This document shows, in pieces, positions 23,223-31,803 of a stretch of DNA of 50,488 nt. The position numbers and the translations under genes were made by a program. Within the stretch, counting starts at the first letter, position 1, and each line of letters starts with the position of its first letter. Below the pieces are notes generated by a model. The model was not told where the DNA came from, made no database searches, and saw nothing but the letters and a program-made list of their open reading frames with translations. The stretch comes from a virus (taxonomy: Duplodnaviria > Caudoviricetes): positions 1-50,488 of the IMG/VR virus record IMGVR_UViG_3300023181_000038; one strand, written 5' to 3'.

Positions 23223-24089
23223 TTAGTGCCCTACGGCGGTGTTAAAAATGGATATAGCCGCTGCCCTGTTTGTGGCCTCTGTTGCATTCAACCCTTGACC
23301 AAAGGATGCGAAGGTTATTACCCCGGTAAAATACCCGCCTGCTGTTCCGCCGCTATTAAGCGCGCCTATGTAGAATGGTTGAAATGTTGTCCCTAACTGA
23401 CTGTTTAGCGCGCTTGAATTAAAAACCACTCCGTCACGGTACAACGCGGTAACGGCTGCGCCCGTCCTTACGGCGAGCCAATCACCAACAGATGTTGTAC
23501 TTGTACCTGCAGCAGTGTTTGTTAAACCGTTGCCGTGTACGCTATATGTCGCTGTATTTGTGGCGCTTCTTGGCAATATCAATGTCCGGCGCGATGGGCT
23601 TTCAAAAACACCTAGCAGATAGAAATTGCCTCCGCTCGCAGACGTTGGCGTTGTTACTCCTACATGGAAATTATCTCTCTGCGCATTGGGTATTAAGTAA
23701 GCTGGATTAGCGTATTCAGCCCCGCTCAACACAAGCCCTGTTGAGTTGTGCGTAGGACCGCCTGTAAACGTCAATTTATGAGTCATCGTATCCCGCAGAT
23801 TGTATGCCTGCGTTCCAGCCGTGCCGCCCAAAAATGGATAAATGGCATAACACTTTGCCCATATACCGGCAGACTTCAACGAGATAACGAGATTCGTTAC
23901 TGCTGTTGCAAACGTTGGGTTTGAATTGTTGATGGCGAACAGATACTTATTCGCGTCCGTGTCAGATGGCGGCGCGGGCGGTGGCCCATACGCTTGATTA
24001 TTCGCGTGGAATACGGCAATAGGAGACTGTCCCGCAACCGGGATAGCCAAGCACAGACACAGGATCAGCTTAATTGTAATTCTTGCCAT
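23223..24089 (-). CDS. Lectin-like (ConA/LamG-like) fibre-associated protein with a signal peptide
   Basis: MARITIKLILCLCLAIPVAG-Q; AIYPFLGGT...LYRDGV...FYIGA. Confidence 0.75.
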   Translation of the reverse strand: MARITIKLILCLCLAIPVAGQSPIAVFHANNQAYGPPPAPPSDTDANKYLFAINNSNPTFATAVTNLVISLKSAGIWAKCYAIYPFLGGTAGTQAYNLRDTMTHKLTFTGGPTHNSTGLVLSGAEYANPAYLIPNAQRDNFHVGVTTPTSASGGNFYLLGVFESPSRRTLILPRSATNTATYSVHGNGLTNTAAGTSTTSVGDWLAVRTGAAVTALYRDGVVFNSSALNSQLGTTFQPFYIGALNSGGTAGGYFTGVITFASFGQGLNATEATNRAAAISIFNTAVGH

Positions 24090-25437
24090 AGTTCCAGAGG
24101 TACGATGTGCCATTGTATACAAATGAAATAATATCCACGGCACCGGCAGTGGTTGTAAGCGTGATAGCACCCGCGCCGCCACCAATGACCTTTGACCCTG
24201 CGGGTAGTGTCAATGTACGAGAACCCGTGCCATCCTGCGTAACGATAAGCGTGCCATAATCGCCCGCTGTCGCGCCTGATATGGCAAGCGTTCTATTCCC
24301 GCCGAGCGTCACCATTGCATTGTATCCGCTGCCGAATGTCCAAGTGATTGTAGCACCATCGGTAAGCGTCTGAAATGCCTTTGAGGGGATGGTTACTGTA
24401 TTAGACAGAACGCCGCTGCCATCAATCGCCAACCCTGTGCCAACTTTAACACCCCCCAATACGGAAGCGGATGCAGTAGGTAGGACATAGCCACTCCCTC
24501 CCGGTCCAAATCCGTTCCCGTCAACCTCAACAACAATGATGTCATTAAGCGTTACGCCGGATGTAAATGTTACTGTTGTCGATGTGGATGAATAAGTAGG
24601 ACGGAAAACATGCAAGCCATTACGGTATACGTGCAGCTTAGACGTATCAGACGGTATTGTGCCCGCTGTGACGTTAAAAAGCGTCTGCCCTGATGTTGCC
24701 ACGTATTGTTGTCGAAACCCGGGAGAATCGGCAAGATTCGCAATACCCAGGTTTGTTCTTGCTCCTGCTGCCGTTGTTGCGCCTGTGCCGCCATTCGCCA
24801 CGGCAAGCGTACCTCCTAAAGTGAGCGTTGTGGAGCCCGTCAGGGTGAGCCCTGTCGAACCACCTGAGCCGCCTGTTACTGTGCCGGTGTTTGACGTGTA
24901 ACCTGATGGGTTAGATGCAAGATAGTAGGTGTTGTTGTCGTATGTGATAACTCCGCTGTTAGCTTTGACGAATCCCGGCCCCGTAAGTTGCGCCTGCTTA
25001 CTCGCGATCAGCGCTGAATCACCCGAAGAAAGACCGCCGGCATACTGAGGGATGTTCAATGTATTCCCTACGAGCGTAGCAGCGCCGGAATTACCGGTTG
25101 TAGTGAGGGAGAGTGTGCCCTGCTTGCCGGCCAATGCCGTATTGATCCGGCTGCGGGTTGTATCAAGGCTGTACTTCGTGGCATAGATCGTGGAATCAGT
25201 CACGCCGGAGATTGTCAGCCAAACCGACCCGTTCCACAGCTGAATAGCGTTCGATTCATACCGGATAGAACCGGCCTGCTTTGGACCATACGCGCCTCCG
25301 TAGTCAAATTCTGTGGCAGATACTGCCGGGAGCTTCATCCGGGCAATTACTTCTAGCGCGTGATACCGGTATGGGATCGAAACCTGCGCATCAACAAAAA
25401 GGGGCAGTAAGAACAGTATTGCGATTAATCGTTTCAT
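24070..25437 (-). CDS. Tail-fibre-like protein with a signal peptide
   Basis: MKRLIAILFLLPLFVDA-Q; GTLAVANGGTGATTAAGARTNLG; YVLPTASASVLGGVKVG; TQDGTGSRTLT. Confidence 0.85.
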   Translation of the reverse strand: MKRLIAILFLLPLFVDAQVSIPYRYHALEVIARMKLPAVSATEFDYGGAYGPKQAGSIRYESNAIQLWNGSVWLTISGVTDSTIYATKYSLDTTRSRINTALAGKQGTLSLTTTGNSGAATLVGNTLNIPQYAGGLSSGDSALIASKQAQLTGPGFVKANSGVITYDNNTYYLASNPSGYTSNTGTVTGGSGGSTGLTLTGSTTLTLGGTLAVANGGTGATTAAGARTNLGIANLADSPGFRQQYVATSGQTLFNVTAGTIPSDTSKLHVYRNGLHVFRPTYSSTSTTVTFTSGVTLNDIIVVEVDGNGFGPGGSGYVLPTASASVLGGVKVGTGLAIDGSGVLSNTVTIPSKAFQTLTDGATITWTFGSGYNAMVTLGGNRTLAISGATAGDYGTLIVTQDGTGSRTLTLPAGSKVIGGGAGAITLTTTAGAVDIISFVYNGTSYLWNYGKNYN

Positions 25438-27368
25438 TATTTTTTCTCTATTCTTATTTCGTAGGTGAACTGCACAGGGTAGTCAGGAAAGAACCGGATG
25501 GCGTCTGCCGAATTGTGGTAAAACTTGGGAACCAGGAACTCCCCTTTTTTGGCATACAGCGTTATCCCGGTCAGTGTGTAAGAGCCCATCCGTTCCGTGC
25601 TGCCAAACTTTACCTGAGAGCGAACAATTTCTTTGTTGATGTATGCGAGATCGTTGACAGGGTTTCTTAATCGGCCCTGTACCGCGATCCCTACGATTCT
25701 TTCGCTCCCTGTGATGTCGTCCCCACAGGTGCCTTTGATCGTCACTTCGTATGTTCCATCCTCCGGTATCTCAATAAACCCGACTGAATCCTTTGCGACA
25801 AACCCGCCGCCGTCGGATTGCATAATGTGCCCATCGCGTTGATAATGGAAAGGGTCAGAATTGAAATTTATCTGAACAATAGCCGAACCGCTAAACGCTG
25901 CGTAGTTCTGATCACTCAATTTGTTGACGCGGATGATTGTACCATCCTGTGCCGTCGCGCCATCGTAAAGGATCGCGTATTTATTCCCGCTACCAGCCTG
26001 CACAACTGACGCATAGCCCCAATCGTAAGGGTTGTACCCGCGCGCTGTATTATCCGCTTCCGGTTTGAAGTCGTAGACCCTCGGGTTAGCTGCAAGTTTG
26101 GAGATGTCACGGATAACGCCGGTATCGCAGACGAAAGTCATTAGCTTGCCCGCTGAATTGCCACGATAACCAATAGTTATTTCTACCTTATCGCCGTAGT
26201 AAGCCACCTCAGAGGGATAGGCATAAGTTGTTGTTGATAGCCTAGCCGAAAAGTTGCCGGTGTAAGTAATGGTAGACCCGCCGTTATCGCTCCGATAGAC
26301 GCGCGATATAGACCCTGCTGCGGGGCGAATCACATAGATAATAGAACCGTTTGGAGCTTGCGCAAAACCCATTTCATTCATCAAAACGCCCGTGTCTATG
26401 TAGGACTTAACGGAGAATGTCTTCCCGCTGTCTAGGCTTTTTAGCAGGACAACCTTGTTTTTTATCGAGTAAGCGCCAACGTGGTATTCCCCGTTTTGCA
26501 TCAATTTGCCTTTCCCAAAGATGACAAGTGTATCACCGGGGAAAGCCGGCTGAGCTTGCGCCGGGGCATTAACCCATGTAGCGCCGGAATCATCCGAATA
26601 CCGTACTGCGAATGTGTTCGCGCCTATTTTGTTATACGGCACTATAATCCTACCTCCCGGTCCAATCCCTGAACTGTATCCTGCTACGTCCATCGTGTTG
26701 ATTACCGTATCCGGCACACTCCATTTGCCATTGTAGACCGTGTGCATTACATAAGCTGTACTGTTATGGTTCGGTGCCTCTGTGTACAGTACGTGATGCT
26801 TTGCGCCCAATGTACTTGCAACAGGGAATCCGCGATAACTCACAATGGATGGTGTGTTTATTTCGCCTTCTGTAATGTCAGGTGACGGCACGTCGAACAA
26901 AGAAACCGCAGGGCCAACTTTCAAAACCCCTGAATCGTCTGTTATTACCGTCCTAATCCCATTGCCTGAAATCCCTATATCTCTAATGTTGCCTACTACA
27001 TGCAGCGCATGGGTAGGAGATGAAGTATTGATACCAACACGCCCGTTAGAATCCCACATTGAACTATTGCCCAAAACGGTAGGGGCGGTAAATTTTGAGG
27101 CGTAGTTAGCCGTACCGGTGCCTGTGAGAGTGCCAGAACCGCCACCCGAACTTTTTGTGCGAAGCGTAAGAAGGCCATTCCCGTCGATTCCCAATACCTT
27201 ATTGCTATCAGAATTAGCAAGGTTTGTTAGATAAACCTTATTGCCAATACGGAGTTTGCCTAAAATATAATTAGAATCATTAACCCCCGATCCGCCTACC
27301 CGCCCAGGGTTCTGCGCGGAAGATAAAAGGGCAAATGAAACTATAAGTAGTGTTATTAGAATTCTCAT
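25437..27368 (-). CDS. Spike/depolymerase-like protein: Asp-box (sialidase-like) propeller plus C1q-like C-terminus, with a signal peptide
   Basis: MRILITLLIVSFALLSSA-Q; GRVGINTSSP; Asp-boxes SDDSGATW, SLDSGKTF, SDNGGST. Confidence 0.8.
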   Translation of the reverse strand: MRILITLLIVSFALLSSAQNPGRVGGSGVNDSNYILGKLRIGNKVYLTNLANSDSNKVLGIDGNGLLTLRTKSSGGGSGTLTGTGTANYASKFTAPTVLGNSSMWDSNGRVGINTSSPTHALHVVGNIRDIGISGNGIRTVITDDSGVLKVGPAVSLFDVPSPDITEGEINTPSIVSYRGFPVASTLGAKHHVLYTEAPNHNSTAYVMHTVYNGKWSVPDTVINTMDVAGYSSGIGPGGRIIVPYNKIGANTFAVRYSDDSGATWVNAPAQAQPAFPGDTLVIFGKGKLMQNGEYHVGAYSIKNKVVLLKSLDSGKTFSVKSYIDTGVLMNEMGFAQAPNGSIIYVIRPAAGSISRVYRSDNGGSTITYTGNFSARLSTTTYAYPSEVAYYGDKVEITIGYRGNSAGKLMTFVCDTGVIRDISKLAANPRVYDFKPEADNTARGYNPYDWGYASVVQAGSGNKYAILYDGATAQDGTIIRVNKLSDQNYAAFSGSAIVQINFNSDPFHYQRDGHIMQSDGGGFVAKDSVGFIEIPEDGTYEVTIKGTCGDDITGSERIVGIAVQGRLRNPVNDLAYINKEIVRSQVKFGSTERMGSYTLTGITLYAKKGEFLVPKFYHNSADAIRFFPDYPVQFTYEIRIEKK

Positions 27369-27910
27369 GCGGGTATTTGTTGAACCAAAACGTAAATGTT
27401 TACATTATCATACTCTAGCAATTCCTGCGATGCGACAGGCTCTAGGAATTGAGACCCTATAAACACAGCCAATACTTGCGCATCGCCAATGGTTGCCTTT
27501 AGCGCGTCTACAGTTACCGGCCCGATTACAGGTATAGGAGTTGATTGCGAATATATCTCATCCGGCGTCCCCACCTGATAGCACCGCATTTCTGATAGGT
27601 AAATAGCCATTATTTCGATTGATGAATATTCTTCAATGTTGTAGTAGGTAATGCCACCACCAATGATGGCCGAAAATGTGCCCTGTAGCCCGTTAATTAC
27701 TTTAAATACGTCATTTAGGTAAGTAACTAACGCTGTCTTATTGGCAAATATAATCTCTATCGGGTAAGGAGTGCCGTTGATAAGCAACCCGACAACTTGT
27801 ATGTTATTAAATGGCAGCCTGTCCGAATCAATCACAAGCAATGTAGCCGCCTCTTTCCTCATCAGAGAAACGCAGCCGCCGCATCGCACTATAAATTGAT
27901 AGCCTATCAT
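27365..27910 (-). CDS. Hypothetical tail-region protein
   Basis: 181 aa, N-terminal CGGC; position in the tail module. Confidence 0.65.
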   Translation of the reverse strand: MIGYQFIVRCGGCVSLMRKEAATLLVIDSDRLPFNNIQVVGLLINGTPYPIEIIFANKTALVTYLNDVFKVINGLQGTFSAIIGGGITYYNIEEYSSIEIMAIYLSEMRCYQVGTPDEIYSQSTPIPVIGPVTVDALKATIGDAQVLAVFIGSQFLEPVASQELLEYDNVNIYVLVQQIPA

Positions 27911-27913
27911 TAC

Positions 27914-29680
27914 TTAGTCTGTGTACACGCTCCACCCTGCGGCCTGTAGGTCAAAAATAGCCGGTGCGGAAGAGATTGTTGGAGGTGCTGCCGGCGTCTG
28001 CCCTGAAAGGTCTATCGAACCGCCACCGGAATAGTTTGTGTTATCCGCAAGGCTAATCAGTATGTTGTCAACCTGTGTAGAGCTGAGTGTATTTGTAGAA
28101 AGATCGATGTTTACAAGGTTTGCGAAAGCGTTAGCGGGAGTGGTTACAAAGTATGGTCCCGTACCAATGTTATCTAACCCTGATACCTCCACTTTGAAAG
28201 ACGAAAGGCTATTCTTTGCCGGCAGGATGTTAGCCAGATCAAAGAGAGGGATATTGTGCGCAATGATTTGAAAGTAAATCATCGATACAGGCAGGTCACC
28301 GTCAAAAGCTGTCAGCACCGGCACGTCAATAGGCGCGATAAAATACAACCGGTTGATTGTGTTTTTATGGTAGAAACGTATGCCCGAATTCCCACCCGGA
28401 AGAGTAAAGCCATTGTTTGCTATACCTGATGCCGGCAGATATTGCCCTGCTAAGTTCGATCCAACTATGATGTGATCGCCCGCGTATGTGTACCCGAACG
28501 CGCCACCGCCTGTAATGGTCGTATCAAAGTACCCTGCCATTGTCACGCCCGTTGCAGACGAATAGCTTTCATCTGGCCCGTTTGAGTAGAAATAAAAGCC
28601 GCCGGATGTAGTAAATACCCCATCAAGGCCAATCGCATTAAGGCTTGCCAAATAAGCGTTTTCAGCAGTTGAATCGAGTATCTCAACAACATTAACACCT
28701 AACGGAGATAGAGGAATAGTTGAAGCCGCATCAGACATTGACAGGTCAGCCAATGCGTAGGGGAATGTTGCGGGACGCTCAAATAACTGCAAATCACCTG
28801 TGCCGTATGTCGTGGTATCTATTGCCCGTTTCTCCTGCAAGGCTACCGTGCCGGTTGATAACGGGGTAGGCGTTCTTTCTGTGCGGTCAAGCGTGGAGTT
28901 TTCCGCCCTGACAAAATTCTTTTGATCAATATTGAGCGTAGGGCATACTAATATTTCCTCAATTATGTCCAGCGCCCAAGCGGGCAGCCCCATTTCTGAA
29001 TGTCGGTACAGCTTCGCGCCTACAAATAGCTCACACTCCCGTATCCGGTCCGAATGAAGTAATTGCGGGTCTTTAATCTGATTTATGAATCTGCTATCGT
29101 CGTAAATGCTGCGATAGTTCCTGAATTCCCCTTCCGCCCTGAATTGAAAATTAGGTTTTAGCACCCACCACACGTTATGCGGGTCCTCTGCCGTGCCTTT
29201 GTAGCGATAGAGCAACGTTCCCGGCCAATCCGCCGCTACGTCCATTGGCTCGCTGATATAACGGCGTGTTTCGCCATCTCTTACCGTTGTGACTAAAACA
29301 CAGTATCGCCCCGGCGGGTAGGTAGCATTATCGAGCGGTATGCGGTATTGGTAGGTATCCAACTGCACACCGTTTTGTGTGTTGCCTGCTGCTTGTAGCG
29401 AATTATTTAAAGCAATTGTAGCTATGGTAACCGCATTACAGTCTATAACCGTGCAGACAATAGTCCCGCCTAACAGGTCGTTCGTATTGACCTGGAATGT
29501 GATCGTATCCCCATTGCGCCACTTTTGATAGTACTGTGATTTGCGATTCCACCACAGGTAGGAATCCTGATACCAATCTTTGCGTAGATGCTTTGTGTAA
29601 AATGCCGCGTTCGTCACCGCATCCATTAATACTAATGGAATCGGGTTCATGGCCGGTGTCTGAAAGATATGTGAGGCCAT
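27914..29680 (-). CDS. Tail tip/baseplate protein with an LRR-like C-terminus
   Basis: Y.QKW..GD.ITFQ; NLVNIDLSTN.LS...VDNIL...L.AAGWSV. Confidence 0.7.
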   Translation of the reverse strand: MASHIFQTPAMNPIPLVLMDAVTNAAFYTKHLRKDWYQDSYLWWNRKSQYYQKWRNGDTITFQVNTNDLLGGTIVCTVIDCNAVTIATIALNNSLQAAGNTQNGVQLDTYQYRIPLDNATYPPGRYCVLVTTVRDGETRRYISEPMDVAADWPGTLLYRYKGTAEDPHNVWWVLKPNFQFRAEGEFRNYRSIYDDSRFINQIKDPQLLHSDRIRECELFVGAKLYRHSEMGLPAWALDIIEEILVCPTLNIDQKNFVRAENSTLDRTERTPTPLSTGTVALQEKRAIDTTTYGTGDLQLFERPATFPYALADLSMSDAASTIPLSPLGVNVVEILDSTAENAYLASLNAIGLDGVFTTSGGFYFYSNGPDESYSSATGVTMAGYFDTTITGGGAFGYTYAGDHIIVGSNLAGQYLPASGIANNGFTLPGGNSGIRFYHKNTINRLYFIAPIDVPVLTAFDGDLPVSMIYFQIIAHNIPLFDLANILPAKNSLSSFKVEVSGLDNIGTGPYFVTTPANAFANLVNIDLSTNTLSSTQVDNILISLADNTNYSGGGSIDLSGQTPAAPPTISSAPAIFDLQAAGWSVYTD

Positions 29681-31800
29681 TAGTTAATAAGGTCTGCGGG
29701 GTCTACGTCAGGATGACAGAGCAAAGTAAAATCATATTGTTGAGGGAACGCCGGTTTAGTGCCCACCTCCATTGCAAAGCCTTTCAATAATCTCCCTTTC
29801 CAATAGAACGAAAAGTAACCGTGAGGCATGGCGTCCATTAATGTAATCATATTGGCGCTAGGCACGCAGGTAAAGCGCAACAATATTGGCAGGAAGTAAG
29901 GGTTAGTCAAAAGGCTGTTGGGTATGTCTGCCTTTTCTGATACCGTACCCGCACCGATGTTGCTTACAAGGTCTACATTCTTATCCCCGGTCTTAAAGAT
30001 AATGTCAGAGTTGCGAAGGTGCATGATAGCCGCCTCTAGCCGTGCGCCTCTAAGTTGCTTCCTGTGCGGCGTAAGCGCGATATTATAGACACTGCCGGGG
30101 AATGGCACACCGGAAGTATTGAGGAACGTGTTGGGCCTGTAAATAGTCCAGGCACCGTTTACTTGCGTATTGCTAATGTCGATCAGGATTGTATCATTAT
30201 CGCTTCCGCTGTCGGTTGTGGTTTTATTAGCTAGATTCCTGCGTATAAACTCAATGCCTATGGAATCCGCGCGGAATGAACTAAGTCTGTCAGCCTCTTC
30301 CTGATTCCGCGTAAAGCCATGTGTCAACGTCTGCCCCTGATTGTATTCAAATCGCCCATTTAGCTGATCGTAATCACGCGCCTGATACCCGATCTGAACT
30401 TTGTTCACAAAAACATCATTGTATGGCGGAGTTTTCAGGTCGGTTACTTCACCCAAATTAGCGATCTCCGTATTTTGGAATACTTCTGCCAACGGCACCA
30501 AAGCCAATTCCCCTCCCGGATTAAGTGTGTTTGTCACCTCAATAAGGCCCATACTCCATTGCGTTGAAGCATCCTGAAATACATCAGCAATTGTTGTTTT
30601 GATCTTCGCGTCTGGCAGACCGCGCACCGCATCACCGCATGTCACTGCCGTATTGTATGGACGGCTATCCCAAAAGGCATTGCGAGAAAAGCCCGAATTG
30701 GTCAGCAGTGTAGACGTGCCGGCAACAGATTGTCCGATAGCCTGACCGACAATCTTCGCCCAAAGCTGCCAGTAACGATATGCCTTAATTGTTGTTTCGG
30801 GGTATAATGAACTAAATGATATTTTGATTGATGGGGTAGAATTAACGGGTATGCCGTAATTCCAATCAGCGCCGGGGTTCGGTGTTGTCATGCTGGCCCT
30901 GAAATAGAGCTTATCCCCCGGCTGCATCGTAACGCTAAAAGAACCGGATGGGCTAAAAGTCAATCCGTCGAAATTGAGATAGTTATTCTCGCTGATTATA
31001 TCGTTAATAAATCCCGTGACGCCCGCCGAATCCTTAACAAAGAAACCTACACGATACACTGCCGCCAATGGTGAGGCAATGGCAGTGCCTGTAATCTCAA
31101 AGTCGTAATCGACAGTGATAATAGTTGGAGTTGATGCCTGAAAGAAATGTTTGCCTGCAAATTGCAAAGAGGCAACATCTGAATAATCAACATTTTGTAC
31201 ATCCTGATCGTCCCCCGTTTCCGTAGCAACTAGGGTTATCTTAGGGACATTGGCGATGTTTATATTATCCCCCAAAGGATTATTGCTCATAATGAACGAT
31301 GCGCTATTCAATAGCTGCACACCATCCATTTTTACCGACAGGCAATCGGCATCCCCTATCGTTATTTCTTGAGGGACACGTTCATTTGCTTTCAATAGCG
31401 CCTGCACATTTGATTCCAATATCTGCACTTGCGGCAAATCGGGATCGCCGTCGAACTTGCTAAAGTCTATCGCGCCTGAGTAGTAAGGCACATACAGCCA
31501 TTGCCCCGGTTCACGTATTTCTATCGAAAGAATGGCATCGCCTTCAATCCCTTGTGTAAGGTAGACATGGCATACAATCCTTGCCGCGTCCGTGTGCATT
31601 TGGTAAGGCGTGGTGAGCGTTCTGCCAATGCCCCAATAGGTAGGGTGCCGGAGCCATTTAATCTCTGTCTGATCCCATCCGATAGGCGCATCAATATATC
31701 GTGGGTTACTATCGGTAGCAACTTGCCCAATACTATTTACATAGTAGTATCCGCCCTGTGGCGTCATTATGCTGAATCGGAACTTACCAGGGGTAGCCAT
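29680..31800 (-). CDS. Tail hub/distal tail protein
   Basis: Directly after the tape measure; APIGWD, IGY...NGRFEYN, RADSIGIEF. Confidence 0.75.
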   Translation of the reverse strand: MATPGKFRFSIMTPQGGYYYVNSIGQVATDSNPRYIDAPIGWDQTEIKWLRHPTYWGIGRTLTTPYQMHTDAARIVCHVYLTQGIEGDAILSIEIREPGQWLYVPYYSGAIDFSKFDGDPDLPQVQILESNVQALLKANERVPQEITIGDADCLSVKMDGVQLLNSASFIMSNNPLGDNINIANVPKITLVATETGDDQDVQNVDYSDVASLQFAGKHFFQASTPTIITVDYDFEITGTAIASPLAAVYRVGFFVKDSAGVTGFINDIISENNYLNFDGLTFSPSGSFSVTMQPGDKLYFRASMTTPNPGADWNYGIPVNSTPSIKISFSSLYPETTIKAYRYWQLWAKIVGQAIGQSVAGTSTLLTNSGFSRNAFWDSRPYNTAVTCGDAVRGLPDAKIKTTIADVFQDASTQWSMGLIEVTNTLNPGGELALVPLAEVFQNTEIANLGEVTDLKTPPYNDVFVNKVQIGYQARDYDQLNGRFEYNQGQTLTHGFTRNQEEADRLSSFRADSIGIEFIRRNLANKTTTDSGSDNDTILIDISNTQVNGAWTIYRPNTFLNTSGVPFPGSVYNIALTPHRKQLRGARLEAAIMHLRNSDIIFKTGDKNVDLVSNIGAGTVSEKADIPNSLLTNPYFLPILLRFTCVPSANMITLMDAMPHGYFSFYWKGRLLKGFAMEVGTKPAFPQQYDFTLLCHPDVDPADLIN

Positions 31801-31803
31801 GTG

